Shown here: one piece after another, positions 1 to 14,154 of the stretch
Position numbering within the stretch: position 1 is the first letter of the stretch
Layout of the letters: each line of letters begins with the position of its first letter
NCBI GenBank assembly: GCA_964016885.1
Contig: OZ024742.1
Location: 124,682,001 to 124,746,000 of the forward strand
DNA: 64,000 nucleotides
Source: Eledone cirrhosa
Taxonomy: Eukaryota
Reading direction: 5' to 3'
Program-made: the position numbers and the translations under genes
Notes under the pieces: generated by a model
Database searches by the model: none
What the model was told of the DNA's origin: nothing
Seen by the model: the letters and a program-made list of their open reading frames with translations, nothing else

Positions 1-198
1 TTTAAATCTAAAGCGACCGTCCAGCTACACGTGGCAGAGAAATGTTACAGCGTGTTTAGGGCAGTGAACCAGTGGTATCTCTCTCTATATATATATGTAT
101 ATATATATATATTGCTAGGTGTAGATATATGCAACTCAAAATAGTCCAGAAATAGCCGTCGAAACGGGTTGAGCTCTGCCGTCGGGGTCATACATTTT

Positions 199-251
<53 letters not shown>

Positions 252-336
252 GTATAGTAATTATAATAAATTATTTGCTTAAACTTTAATCTGTTATTTT
301 AATAAATATATATATATATATATATTATTTTAATAA

Positions 337-371
<35 letters not shown>

Positions 372-516
372 CATATTTAAAGGTTAAACAAGGTTCAATG
401 AATAAATCAAAGAATGAGATTTACAATAGATTGGAAGCACTCAACAAAAATGGTTTTCCGGAGTTATTAATTCAAAATATTAACAAAATAGAAATTCTTG
501 TGATCAAGTATATTTA

Positions 517-573
517 ATTATACATATTTCAGAGATACTGAGTTAACTTCAACAGTACGTCCTCATCAGATAA
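517..573 (-). ncRNA. Degenerate hammerhead ribozyme motif
   Basis: Minus strand reads CTGATGA-ggacGTACTG...CAGTATctct-GAAA-tatg-TA. Confidence 0.5.
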
Positions 574-916
574 AATAAGATGATGCATGACATACCCTGA
601 CATAGTAGATGGTTAAGATTCAGTCATGGTAGTGAGTAATATATGATAAAACTCAATATGTATATACCTTAATATTGAAAACATGAGAAAAACATATAAT
701 ACATACAATAGAGAGGGTGCGTATGAGAAAGCTTAAAAATTACCGTGCAGAAATATAACTGTTAAATAATTTAAATTACTGAAGAAAGAGGAAAGAAAAG
801 AAAGGCATAGAGGAAGAAACAGATGAGGGGATAATATAGCTAGTAGGAGCCTAGAAAACAAAGGAGAGTTGATTAAAGAGAGAGAGATAAAGAGGAATAA
901 CTTATGTAGTGTAATA

Positions 917-1003
917 ATTGTTTCTGCGTTAGGCACAAGGCCAGTAATTACTCATTGCATTAATGGTACTTTATTTTATCGACCCCGTAAGGATGAAAGG
1001 CAA
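917..1003 (-). mobile_element. Truncated tRNA-derived SINE (Meta/MESC-type core)
   Basis: Matches the 3' half of the full copy at 45002-45187 (GGTACTTTATTTTATCGACCCCGTAAGGATGAAAGGCAAA). Confidence 0.85.
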
Positions 1004-1840
1004 ATAAAACAACATTTGGAAAAAAGAAAAACACTCAATTCATTGAATTATTGAAATATCTAAAAATATTCATCAATCGGAATTTTAAATATAATTGGCT
1101 TTATACATATGAAGGTTAATATCAAGTCTTTAGACAATTATCCATATATACAATATATATCTAAACATATCAGGTTGTCCGTTTATATTCAAAACATTTA
1201 ATTTAAGTTAGTTCAGAGTAATGAATAATATTTTAGGTTATAAAAGTTAATAAATATCTGTATTAATATTAAAGTATACTATTATATTTAATTTTTGAAA
1301 TCAAATTTTATGAAATCAAATTTAAAGGATTTACAAACACGAGAAAGAAAACATAATGTTTTTACAACCTCAAGAAGGTAAACTTTACTAAATTTATTAT
1401 ATAATATTAAATTATTTATAATATATTGAAAACAGTTTATCTATATATATAAAACAGAGGATGTGTGTTTGTCTGTGTGTGTGGATGTTACATTATTCGA
1501 AGTTGGCGTCTACACGGCTTAACCGATCTCGCTCAAATTTGCATACATCACTCCTCATGACCCTTTACATTGCTAGGCTACTTTGTTTTTGATATGTCCC
1601 CCCAAGGGCCCGCAATCCACCTTTTTGTCTATTTTGGGTGAAATCGGGAGATGAGGTTGCATTTTATGCACGCGCGAAAAATTTTTCCTTTTGAGTTTTT
1701 TGACCCGGTTTTTTGCTAATATGGGTAGAAAAGAGTCTAAATGTTGTTGACGTGCTCGAATCATTTCGAAATTCGGTCGAGAGTGAAGCTCGAGGTCTAA
1801 TCTCCACTTCGTATATAGAGAGACAGGAATAACAGGTCTT

Positions 1841-2100
1841 ATAGTAACATTACCTTCCCCTTCTTTAGAGAGAGAGGAAGATAGAGAGAGAAGTTTTGGG
1901 TGTCACAGAAATATTACATTCCCCTCTCCACTTTGGTCAGTGAGCGAACCACTGTTGCTATAGTAACATTACCTTCCCCCTCCCCCTTCTTTATTGAGCG
2001 AGGAATATAGAGAGAGACGTTGTTGGTGTTACAGTAACATTACCTTCCCCTCTCCACTTACTTTGGTCTTTGAGACCGAGGGAACCACTGTTGCTATAGT
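1841..2100 (+). repeat. Imperfect tandem repeat in the Helitron 5' non-coding region
   Basis: AGTAACATTACCTTCCCC recurs at about 1843, 1962 and 2033; GAACCACTGTTGCTATAGT occurs twice. Confidence 0.8.
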
Positions 2101-2575
2101 TACAGAAACAAACCAGTTCCTGCCAGTTCTGACCACCTGGCACCAGTTGAGTCAGTTTTTGCTTTCTTTCGGTCGAGAAGTGGACAAATTTTCGCCTTGA
2201 ATCAAAAAAGAAATTTCCTGGACTGGTGGAGGTGGCAGCTTTTATTCTGTTTTGGCAAGACTGCTATCAAAAAATTCTGCAGACTCTTATCGTTGATTTG
2301 AGTGGCCTGCAAAGCTTTGGTTTTCAAACGCTACACTTGCTACTTGGTTAGGCTACTGTGTAGACGTGTGCTTCACTCTCTCTGCATTACATGTTGTGAC
2401 CTCGCTTTCGGACTTTGCCATTCCCAGTACGTTTTTTATTTACTTTTTTCTTGCTTAAAATTGTAACAATTTGTCACTTTTTTTTACCTTTTCCAAGATA
2501 CTGCTTATGACCTTCGCTTTTTTGCCTTTGCTCTAAACCTGCTTCCCCTTTACTGTTTGCTGTACTATTGCAACC

Positions 2576-5500
2576 ATACCACTGAAAAGAAAGAGTACCC
2601 TTAGCCGTAGGAAAACATCGTCTGTTCTTTCAAAAAAGGGGCGATTGAATGAGCAGTCTACGGGTGCCGGACTGCATTTTTGGCCACAAACCCCTGTTAC
2701 TTCGCTTTCAAACTTAAGTACACCTAGCACAGCCCAACCCAGCGCCTCTCTATCTACAGTTACCGCTTCGAATCGTGCCATTCGTAATTGTCGGAATGCA
2801 GTTGCAACAGCCGCCTCTAGGGCAGCAGAGAGTGACAGCCAAAGAGCTCTTCGTAGGGCTAGGAATGCTGCAACTACTGCTGCTGCAAGGGCCTCCGAAA
2901 CTAAACAGCAAACAGCCACCAGACGGTCAAATAACGCTGCTTCAACCGCCGCCTCCCGTGCCGCAGAAACCGACCAGGAGACAGCCAGCCGAAGGTCCAA
3001 GGACTCCGCCTCCAAGGCAGCTGCCACAGCATCCCAGACCGAGATACAGATAGCCATCCGAAGGTCCAAGGACTCCGCCTCCACCGCAGCTGCCAGAGCA
3101 TCCCAGACCGAGATACAGACAGCCATCCGAAGGTCCCAGAACGCTGTATCCACCGCCGCTGCCCGTGTCGCAGAACATCAAACAGCCCGGATTGCTCGGT
3201 TGGACACTAACAACGCACGAAGAGACACCGCCAGAGGAACAACGAATCCACATGAGTCATTTTGGCTTATGAAGGCTTTCAACTACGATCCAACAGTAAA
3301 ATACTCCGACCGTACGGACATTCAACTAGGCAGGATGGATGTCATATGCCAATTATGTGGTGCAGAGAAGTGACCCGGAGAACCACCTGGCCTGTGCTGC
3401 TCTAATGGGAAGGTTTCACTTCCTCCTTTGGCGGCCCCTCCAGAACATTTGCGAGAACTTCTTAGCGGAGAGACATCTACGTCAACAGACTTCCTTGGCA
3501 ACATAAGGAAATACAACTGCGCCTACCAGATGACTTCGTTCGGGGCCAAAATTGTCCGAGAAAGCGGGTGGATGCCAACCTTTAATGTTCAGGGCCAGGT
3601 TTACGACTATGTCGGTCCTCTACAGCCTGCGCCGTCAGCGCAACCCGCCTTCCTGCAAATTTACTTCATAGCTGACTACAACAAGCAGGCTGACATGCGC
3701 TCATCTGTCATCCCAGCCTGATGGCACTAGAGAGAACCTGGACAGAGACGTCCTCCTTGCGCTGCAGCAAATGCTACACTCCGAAAACAGCTACGTGCAG
3801 AGATTCAAGTACGCTTTGGAGACTACTGACCTGCCTAACTTCAACATTGTCATCGATGCCAAAAGACCATCCGGAGAACACGCACGTCGATTCAACGCGC
3901 CCGCGTGCAACGAGGTGGCAGTCGTCCTTCACGGAGACCAGCACAACCCCCGGGATATCGTCATATCCAACCGTGCAACTGGCCTCCACAGAATACGCGA
4001 AACACACCGATCCTACGACGGCCTCCAATACCCTCTACTTTTCCCCCGCGGCGAGGATGGCTACCACTTCAAGACTCCACACTGCAAGAGAAACCAACCC
4101 TCCGTTGCTGCCGCCAAAACCGTGTCCTGCAAGGAATTTTACTCATACCGACTCATGCCTCGGAGAAACTGTTTCAACAGTTTGCACAGATCGCAGGACC
4201 TACTGAACCAATTTGCGGTGGATATGGCAGCAAAGAACGACTGGCCTTCATTCGAACCCACCAGCAGCAACTGCGTAGCGAAAGCTACATACACCTGCGA
4301 GACGGCTTGACCAACGACGGGGATCCCCGAAACATTGGCAAGGTCTGCATCCTGCCTTCTACCTTCACTGGAGGACCTCGGTACATGCACGAGAGGACTC
4401 AGGACGCCATGACCTACGTGCGGGCCTACGGCCGTCCTGACCTCTTCATCACCTTCACATGCAACCCGAAGGCGGATGAGATCACCCGAGAACTCCTTCC
4501 AGGGCAGTCATACCACCACCGCCTTGACCTCATAGCGAGGGCTTTCGACAGGAACATACAGAAAATGAAGGCATGTTGTGCAAAAGCCAACATCTTCGGC
4601 CCTGCTATATGCCATACGTACACCGTAGAATGGCAGAAACGGGGCCTGCCTCACAATCATCTGTTACTGTGGCTGCAGAATAAGATCAACTCCAACGACA
4701 TCGACAAATTTATCTGCGCAGAGATCGCCAACCCTGCCACCGACAAAGAACTCTTCGACGTCGTCACGACTTCCATGATACTCGGACCCTGTTATCCGGG
4801 TTCTAACCATTCGTGTCAGAAAGACGGGATCTGTAGTAAGAGGTACCCTAGGAAATTTGTTTCAGAGACCCAGACAGGGCACGACGGCTATCCCCTGTAC
4901 AGGTGCCGGTCGCATGAAGACGGTGGTTTTACTGCCATTGTAAGGGACAAGCAAGTCGACAATTGATGGGTGGTCCACTATTGTCCACTTCTCACTTCGA
5001 CGTTCCAAGCCCACATTAATGTGGAATTCTGTAGCTCAGTTAAATCGATTAAATATGTTTGCAAATACGTCAACAAGGGCTGCGATTCCGCCGCATTCGC
5101 CCTCCAGTCCGACCGGGACGAGGTCAGTGAGTACGTATCGGCCCGGTACATAAGTACAAATGAAGCGTTTTGGCGAATTTTTAGTTTTTCTATCCATGAA
5201 AGGTACCCCAAAATCACAAACCTGGCGGTCCAATTAGAGAACGGACAACGAGTTTACTTTACGGCCGCAAATGCTGCTCAACTTGCGGCTATCACCAAAG
5301 AAACCACGTTAACCGCTTTCTTTAAGCTCTGTCATGTAGACGCTTTTGCGAGAACTCTAATTTACCCTCAGGTGCCGTCCTACTTCACTTGGCGCCGCAA
5401 TAGCTGGGTACGGCGAAAAACTGGTAAGGCAGTTGAATCGCATCTGGGAGTTAAATTTTCTGACTGCCTCGGTAGAGACTACACGGTTCCCCCAACCCAA

Positions 5501-7384
5501 CCTGAGTGCTTTCACCTGCGTATTCTTCTGCACGGGGTCAAGGGGCCGCAAGGTTTCTTTGACTTAAAAACAGTAAACGGGGAACTTTGCAACACTTTTC
5601 TAGAAGCCTGCTTTAGGCTTGGTCTCTTGGAAGATGACTCCCAATGGGACTCGACCCTCGCCGATGGTGCTCTGCTGAAATCCCCACAGAAATTAAGAGA
5701 ATTGTTTGCTTTTTTGCTGCACAGTTGTGGCTTAGCTAACCCTTCAGCCCTTTGGCTGAAGTACAGGGACGAGGACTTCCTCCGCACAGCCAAACGGCAA
5801 AATCCGTCTTTAGAAGTGGGGTTCACCGAAATCATTTACAACAAAGGGCTAATTTCCATCCAAGAAGAGCTCCTTCAACTAGGGGGGAATGACTTGCCAA
5901 CATACGGCTTGCCAGCCGCCAGCAGGGAAAATGTTAGTGTGCTGGGTCCAGATATTCTGTTGGAGACATCTTACGATGTCGCCATGTTGACAACTTTCCT
6001 AGATGAAAATTAACGTAAGCTTCTTCCCGATCAAAGGGGTGCTTATGAGACTGTCGTTGACAGTGCACTGGGTGGATTAGGTTGTGTCTTCTTTCTTGAT
6101 GCCTCTGGCGGTAGAGGCAAAACCTTCGTTACCTCCCTCATTTTGGCGCGTCTTCGACAACAAACAAATATTACCCTTGCGGTCGCCTCATCGGGGATCG
6201 CCGCTACCTTGCTGCCTGGAGGGAAGACGGCTCATGCTGCCTTTAAACTTCCGTTGGACCTCGCACGAACTGATACGCCGACGTGCAACATTAGCAAGCA
6301 CTCGGACAAAGCGGGACTTCTCGCAAAATGTTGCCTCATTGTGTGGGACGAATGCACCATGGCACATAAGGGTGCTCTGGAGGCATTAGATAGGAGTTTA
6401 AAAGATATCAGGAACTCCTCTGCACCCTTGGGTGGCGTGACTTTACTGCTTTCGGGTGACTTCAGGCAAACGCTGCCTGTTATCCCCAAAGGGACAAGGG
6501 CTGATGAAGTCCGCGCATGCCTGAAGTCCTCGACGCTTTGACCTATCGTTCCGACACTCCGCCTGAGCGTTAACATGCGGGCGCAGTTGCTCGGGGACAG
6601 CACGTCTGCTGAATTAGGCCAGGCCATCCTAGCTATAGGGGAAGGCCGACTTCCTTCCAACGAAAAGGGTGAGGTGTCGCTGGCATCTGTCAGTAATACA
6701 GTTGACAGTCCTCAAGCCCTTTTAGAAGCTGTTTTTCCAAACCAACAGGTTAACTACACTAACTTAGATTGGCTTAGTTCAAGAGCCATCCTAGCCCCCC
6801 AAAACTCTGCTGTTAATGCTCTCAACGAAGAGCTACTCGGCAAGATTCCAGCCCAAGAGAAAATGTTTAAGTCTATAGACCGCGTCACCGATCCACAGGA
6901 GGCGACGGATTACCCAGTAGAGTTTTTGAATAGCCTTGACCCCCCAGGTCTCCCACCCCACATCCTGAAGCTCAAGGTCGGCAGTCCGATTATGCTTATA
7001 CGTAACATGCGCCCCCCCAAACAGTGCAACGGCACTCGAATGGTAGTCAAATCAATGACGAACCATCTCATTGAAGCAACCATTTTAACTGGTTGTGATA
7101 AAGGTGAGACCGTCATGATCCCAAGGCTAAGCATCCAACCTTCGACCACGGACATCCCGATAGGTTTTAAGCGACATCAGTTTCTCGTCAGGCCCTGCTT
7201 CGCGATCACCATAAACAAATCTCAGGGTCAAACTTTGTCCGTGGCGTGCATTCATCTAAAATAGCCCTGCTTTGCTCATGGCCAACTTTAAGTTGCCTGC
7301 TCGCGAGTTGGGAGTAAGGACTCCCTTTTTTCATACACACCCAACGGTATGACCCGCAACATAGTCTACAAAGAGGTCCTGTAA
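2576..7384 (+). pseudogene. Helitron RepHel protein (STPR-like repeats, Zn finger, HUH Rep, PIF1-family helicase), disrupted
   Basis: CQLCGAEK*PGEPPGLCCSNGKV Zn finger; PSTFTGGPRYM; PDLFITFTCNP (Rep motif 1); VEWQKRGLPHNHLLLW (HUH); KYVCKYVNKG (Y2); DASGGRGKT (Walker A); IVWDECTM (Walker B); GDFRQTLPV; AITINKSQGQTL; ends NIVYKEVL* at 7384. Frameshifts near 3715 and 4235; in-frame stops at 3371, 4964, 6011, 6539, 7262 and 7288. Confidence 0.95.
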
Positions 7385-7478
7385 CGTGCATTACCACTGA
7401 GATGATTTAACACAAAAAGAGTTTATATATATACAAACACATACACACACTCACATACAGATATATATATATATCATT

Positions 7479-7576
7479 AGGTTGACTTTGCCTTTCATCC
7501 TTACGGGGTCGATAAAATAAAGTACCAGTAATGCACTGTATAATTGCTGGCCTTGTGCCTAAAGTAGAAACAATTA
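7479..7576 (+). mobile_element. 5'-truncated SINE inside the Helitron boundaries
   Basis: AGGTTGACTTTGCCTTTCATCCTTACGGGGTCGATAAAATAAAGTACCAG...TAGAAACAATTA, same family as 45002-45187. Confidence 0.9.
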
Positions 7577-9474
7577 TCTATAAAAGCGAGTGTGTGTGCA
7601 TGTTCCTTTTCTATACGATTAAGAAAAAACACCTCCTTCAATGGAAAATTACTTATCAATATTCGAAATAGCTTCAATTAGGTCATGCAGAATTTATATA
7701 TTTAAAATTGATCCCCAATTACGCAAAAAAATCGATAAAACTCAATAATTCACGCTACACCTCTCTCATAAATCTGATATCGAAACTGAAGATTACGACC
7801 CTAAATGGTGGACAGTTCGAAATACTGCTGCTGTGCTTCTGGCTGTTGCTCATCTCATTCTATCAGGCTCTTCCAACAACTTTGCAGTACTTGATCATCC
7901 GTTAAAAAAAAACTGTTTTTTGTTTTCGACAGAAAATTTATTACGATTTCTGTTTGCTATTCTTAATATATATATTTTTTTCGTGTTCCCTTTTTGTGAT
8001 TTTTGTTGGTTTCTTGGTTGAGAAAAGAAGATGGTAAAACCGGGTTGAAGAGATTTTCATTTCTAAATTATATTATCATTACAACTTTGACATATTTTAT
8101 GTAAAGTGAATATGAGAAAAAAACAATTCTTCATATTTATTGTTTCCTAATCTGAATAAAAACAGCAGTAACCCGGGCAACGCCGGGTCATTCAGCTAGT
8201 ATTATATAATTTAGAAAATAATTACAGTTATAATTTTTAAAGAATTTTAATATTAACAATTTGAATGCTTAAAGGATCAACAGTCCTTATAATTAAACTT
8301 AAACAAGTCTTAATTTTAAATTACATATATGCGTTTATCAAAAAAATACACAAAGTTCATATTGTCTAAAGACTTAAGATGATACCTCTCAAATAGACAT
8401 AACATAATACAATATAATAAATAAGTTACTGAAAATATTGTTAAAATTAATGTTTTAGATCAATTATTGTAATAGGATCATTTAATAGATATATACTATA
8501 ATTATACAAGTCAAGGATAAGGATAAGGACTAGATACAAAATAAAAATAAAAATAAAAATAAAATGTGAAAAAAGAAAAAAATAATGAATTGTTTGCGAA
8601 CATAAATGTGCCCAATATTAAAAAATATAGTTTAAAATGCAAGAGGGTTTCTTTTTTTTTATTTATATAGTAGACAAACGACACTTCTAAAATGTCCACG
8701 AAGATGATAGAAAGAGCAGCTAAGGATTTGAATGACCCGAAGGTAACCCAAATTTAATTAAAATAAATTAAATTAAATTAAGTAATAATCGTTTTATAAT
8801 TTAGAACATTAAGGAAATATCTAACAATTATAACAATAGAGAGTCATTTGAGTATCCAAAAGACTTATAAATGTAACTAGGAGCATGTTATTATACTAGA
8901 TAAAGAAATGTGTTCAAATATATATAGAGAGTAATTATAGGTATTAGTGAAGCGACATACATATAATAAATATATAATTACAATTATTATTAGTAATCTT
9001 ATAATTGTAGTTTTACCTCCAGTTCAGTGGAAAGAAAGACCAATATTTGTCGACTAGTATGATTTGTAACATTTATACCTAAATATATATAAAAAATATA
9101 TATACACAAATCTAACTTTCTGAATCACAAAACATACCCAAAATAGGTAAAATATATAAATGCATGAATGATTTACGGTTCATTTATAACCGGTAATCTT
9201 ACAAGTTATATATCCAAATTATATATTTAAAACAAAGACACATATATAAGGATCCCAATCTAAATTATATATATCTAAAATAATCCAAAGGTGTGCATAT
9301 TCATCAAGAGAACAAGTTAACAAATAATATGTTTATATACCTAAACAGGACCCTTCATTCTAACATTAATTCTATCATAAATGAATAGAAAATAAAATAT
9401 TATTAAAGTTTTATAAACTGTTATAATGTTTTAGGTACAACAGTTGATAAGAAACGTCAAAAATTAAAACCTGT

Positions 9475-11680
9475 TTATTTAGTGTTTTTTCTTGACTTTT
9501 TGCGAAGCTTTGTATGTAGCCAAAGCTTTATGAAGATAGTTTGAGAATAATTCACTTTTTTTGTTAATTAAGTTTTCATAATTAGTAATTATTAATAGGG
9601 CCTCCATAGTACAGATGTTGCAGTTAGGTTATATAGACGAATTCGAGTAGATTCTACTATTACATAGCTTCGTCCAAGAAATGGACTATTTTAGATTTTT
9701 GTCTTTTAATGACCATATAAGTTGTGATATGGAAGTCGAAGACATCCTATTAGGATTCGAAAAAGATCATTTGATTCACAAATCTCGATTTAAATGTCGA
9801 AGACGTTGCCCCTATGTAATTGTATGTGATGTTATGTGCTTTTACGGTGCATTTATGCACCAAATTTATATCCAGACAGTTATTTTGCAGAGGGCAATCT
9901 GGTTTATTTTTACAATTACATTTCGATTTATTATTATTATAATTTATATTAACACTATTATTAACACCATTATGCTTATTCTGGTTTAGAATTCTACTAT
10001 CTAGTTTAGCGATGTTTTGGGCCATATTCATAGTTGTAGAATAAGGAAGCTTAATTGTGTGTCTATTATATATGGAACGGTATTTATGTTGACCAGGGAA
10101 GGGATTATCTAAAGCCTTAAAGAATAGATTAGCTAGTGGTGTTTTATTGCTACAGAAGCAGGGGGGGGGGCAAACCATATAACTGATTTAGTTCCGGTTT
10201 TTTTCCCCGATTTATTCACAGTACAGGTGTTTGAATTATAATTTTTAGAATTGCGTTTATACATGTCAGTCATATTATTATTTTTATCAGGATTAAGATT
10301 CGAATTATTATTGTCTATATATTCTATATTATTTTTATAACCTGCCTTTCTTAACGCATCATTGTAATATCCTGCTTTTTCATCAAATATGGATTTATTA
10401 GCAGATATTCTAGTTAGGCGTTTCTGTACACTATTGACAATTGCATTTTTCACAGATTTAGGGTGATTAGAGTAATAACTAACATAATTTAAGTTTTCAT
10501 TGGGCTTATGGAAAGGTTAATAAAAACCAGAGTTTACGTTAAGGGTAACATCAAGGAAATTAACTATTTTGGTACCACTTTCAACCTCTAATTTAAGGTC
10601 GTAATTTTTAAAGAATTCAATTATATTTTTCTTAACCCTATTTAGTTCTGTATTGCTGTGTTTGACAACCTTAAATAAAATATCGTCCCTATATAAACCA
10701 CTGGTAATCTCCGGCAGTTTTCTATTTACCATATTTAAGATGAAAATACGCAGAAGATCCGTGACTTGCGCTCAGTCCGATGATCCCATGGTAATGTAAA
10801 AGTTTCTATTTCTATCCGAGCGGGTCAGATACTCATTGTTGAAATTAATTAGAGTTCTTCTAGCAGTTAATATGGTATCGATTTTATCCGTAGTTAAATA
10901 TGTATGCTTGTAAGCGTTGGATAAAGCCTTATTTAGTAGGTTAGGCGTAATGGAAGAGTAATAGGTTGCTATGTCCATTTGGATGAATTTGTGGTTTTTC
11001 TTATCATCTCTATTTTTAAACCAATTAATCACTTCATTGGTGTCCTTCCACAAGCTCAATTTAGACCTCAATTTCAGAATTCTATCAATAATATTCTTAT
11101 TGATTACTCCAATATCCGATTTAGATGGAGCTATCAGTCTAACTGGCAGGTCTTCCTCAAAGTTTCTTTTGTGATCCTTAAAATTTATCCTCGGCTGTCT
11201 AGGTATAAAAGGCTCGGTTCTTCCTTCAATTCCTAATTTTGCAATTAATTTATATGCATCATTATTGATGTCTGTAAGATCTTTGACCGGGACATTTCTA
11301 TAATTTTTCCTTAGTTCTTTTAAATTCAAATAATTATATTCTTCTTTATTTATCCCATATAAATTATTTGTTTTGTCAGATTTCACCAATATTTTATTAA
11401 ATTTTTTTTATATCCGAGATTTTTTCTTTTAGAGTTCTAAGGTATCGGTGACCTATATATGGGTTTTTCCTGAATTTAATTTTCTTATGTATATTGAGCA
11501 TTTCAGTTTCAAAATCCTCCAGGAGTTTGTTGTATGGAGGATTCTTTCTGGATTTAAAGATAGTTTCGAAATAATTTCTTTTGGTTTTTTTTCTTTTAGC
11601 TGCTTTATTATCGAAATGAAATGCTCGCCATCTAACTCTTCTTATAAAAGAGTTTGTTTGTTCTATAGGTTTCCACATGT
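9475..11680 (-). mobile_element. Penelope-like retroelement, Hydra-clade-like (RT + C-terminal GIY-YIG), frameshifted
   Basis: FIRRVRWRAFHF N-terminus; RLIAPSKSDIG; QMDIATYYSSI; TMGSSD; GLYRDD; VNFLDVTLN; IWFAPP; CNCKNKPDCPLQNNC (CxCx5C); YIGATSSTFKSRF. The 5' end abuts (TA)n. Confidence 0.9.
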
Positions 11681-11845
11681 ATTCCCCATATATATATATA
11701 TATATATAAACATATCAAATATATTTAGAATTTGTGTCTCTCAATAAGCAAGCTAAATACATATCATCTAGACACATGTGTACATATTCTTCTATAGAAT
11801 ATGTATTTATATGTCGTTCTCTCTCTCTCGACCCTCTCTCTCTCA

Positions 11846-11885
<40 letters not shown>

Positions 11886-11923
11886 ATATGCCTATCTATC
11901 TATCTATCTCTCCCTCGCTCTCT

Positions 11924-12032
<109 letters not shown>

Positions 12033-12156
12033 CGTGTATGTATGCGTGTGTGTGTATGTGTGCGTGTGTGTAAAAGTTGAACAGAAATAACAACACAATC
12101 GGTACAGTATATGGAAGGGAGATATTAGGTTAACGCTTGATATAGCAGCAAGAGGG

Positions 12157-12191
12157 TCTTAACCTTTCGGACGCTAGTCCTTCATCAGAGG
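12157..12191 (-). ncRNA. Minimal hammerhead ribozyme motif (PLE type)
   Basis: Minus strand reads ct-CTGATGA-aGGAC-tagc-GTCC-GAAA-ggt-TA-ag. Confidence 0.7.
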
Positions 12192-12440
12192 AAGGAATGA
12201 GAAATAATATCGATTGGGGACGGGATGGAATTGGAAAAAATTTCTTTAGATAAAAATAACAGGTCCATTCATGTTGACATCTCTTGCAAAACTGTTGGTG
12301 TGTAGTTTTGTGTCTTTTGGTTATTATAGCTCTAGATATTAACTATGAGCTTCCTTGTTGAGAAGCACAACATTCTAAACAAATTTGATATGTTTTGATT
12401 TAACGGCTCCAAATCTCTTAACTTGTTGAGCTCGATGACT

Positions 12441-13230
<790 letters not shown>

Positions 13231-13406
13231 TAAACGGAAAAGAAAATGCTGACAAATTGTTCACAGTGAAAAATAGTTTAATAAGGAATAAGTGAAAATT
13301 AGTAATAGTTTTGGTTAGTATTCAGTTTTGGTTTTAAGTGTTACCGGTTGCGCATTTCCAATGCTTTTCAAAAATAATTTTGAGATAGAGCGTCCGTGAT
13401 GTTTGC

Positions 13407-13454
<48 letters not shown>

Positions 13455-13503
13455 TTTTCGGCCCCATTGATTTTGTCTATTATATTCCTTTATTATATTT
13501 AGA

Positions 13504-13560
13504 ATACCTGATGATGTCACCGTATTCATACTGAACCCGGTCATCGAAATGATCATAGTA
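13504..13560 (+). ncRNA. Degenerate hammerhead motif
   Basis: CTGATGA-tgtcACCG...CGGTcatc-GAAA. Confidence 0.45.
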
Positions 13561-13788
13561 AAATAAACCTTTTTACGGAATTACACCAGTCCAGCCTCCT
13601 GTTATTCTATAATAATTAACTCCATACTCGCATCACCAACAACACAAACCAAGACGAGTGAGTTGCATTACGTCGAGTGCTCTCCCTAATATTACATCGA
13701 GGTTGACTATACGGAATCACCAGTTCTATCCAGTGGTGAACCAACAAACCTAAATAAATAAATAAAGAAATATATATATATATATATA

Positions 13789-13829
<41 letters not shown>

Positions 13830-13941
13830 CCTCATATTAATGCCTGGATTAAGGTCACTATGTTGATGCTTCTTGTTTTCTGGAGGTACGCTCAAATGTG
13901 GTCTTTGAAACGCCATTGTTCTGTCAATGATTATAAATAAA

Positions 13942-14029
<88 letters not shown>

Positions 14030-14154
14030 AGGTGAGTTTTATTGTAGTACAATAAAGCAATGCAGATATCGGATAAGAAGCACTCTACAGTTTGTAGGAG
14101 TGGAGTATACATAATATAAGATCAAAAGATGGTTAAAGGAGTTCCATGTATTTT

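Larger units (their letters stand above)
1440..8199 (+). mobile_element. Helitron (rolling-circle DNA transposon), defective, probably composite
   Basis: 5' end A|TCTATATATATAAAAC at 1439/1440. 3' hairpin ACCCGG-GCAACG-CCGGGT (8171-8188) followed by CTAG|T (8196-8200). Inserted at an A/T junction with no TSD. Internal Rep/helicase coding region is much more GC-rich than the flanks. Confidence 0.9.

Noticed and set aside
2967-3140. Regular repeats resembling a CRISPR array
   Set aside because: Contiguous in-frame coding repeats with no unique spacers, in a eukaryotic context.
2533-3253. Antisense ORFs with periodic W/D/L pattern
   Set aside because: Shadow frames of the 69-bp repeat in the Helitron ORF.
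3371-10774. In-frame TGA codons as possible selenocysteine (known in some Naiad PLEs)
   Set aside because: They sit at expected Trp, Arg or Ser positions, co-occur with TAA/TAG stops and frameshifts, and the Cys motifs use normal codons; this is ordinary decay.
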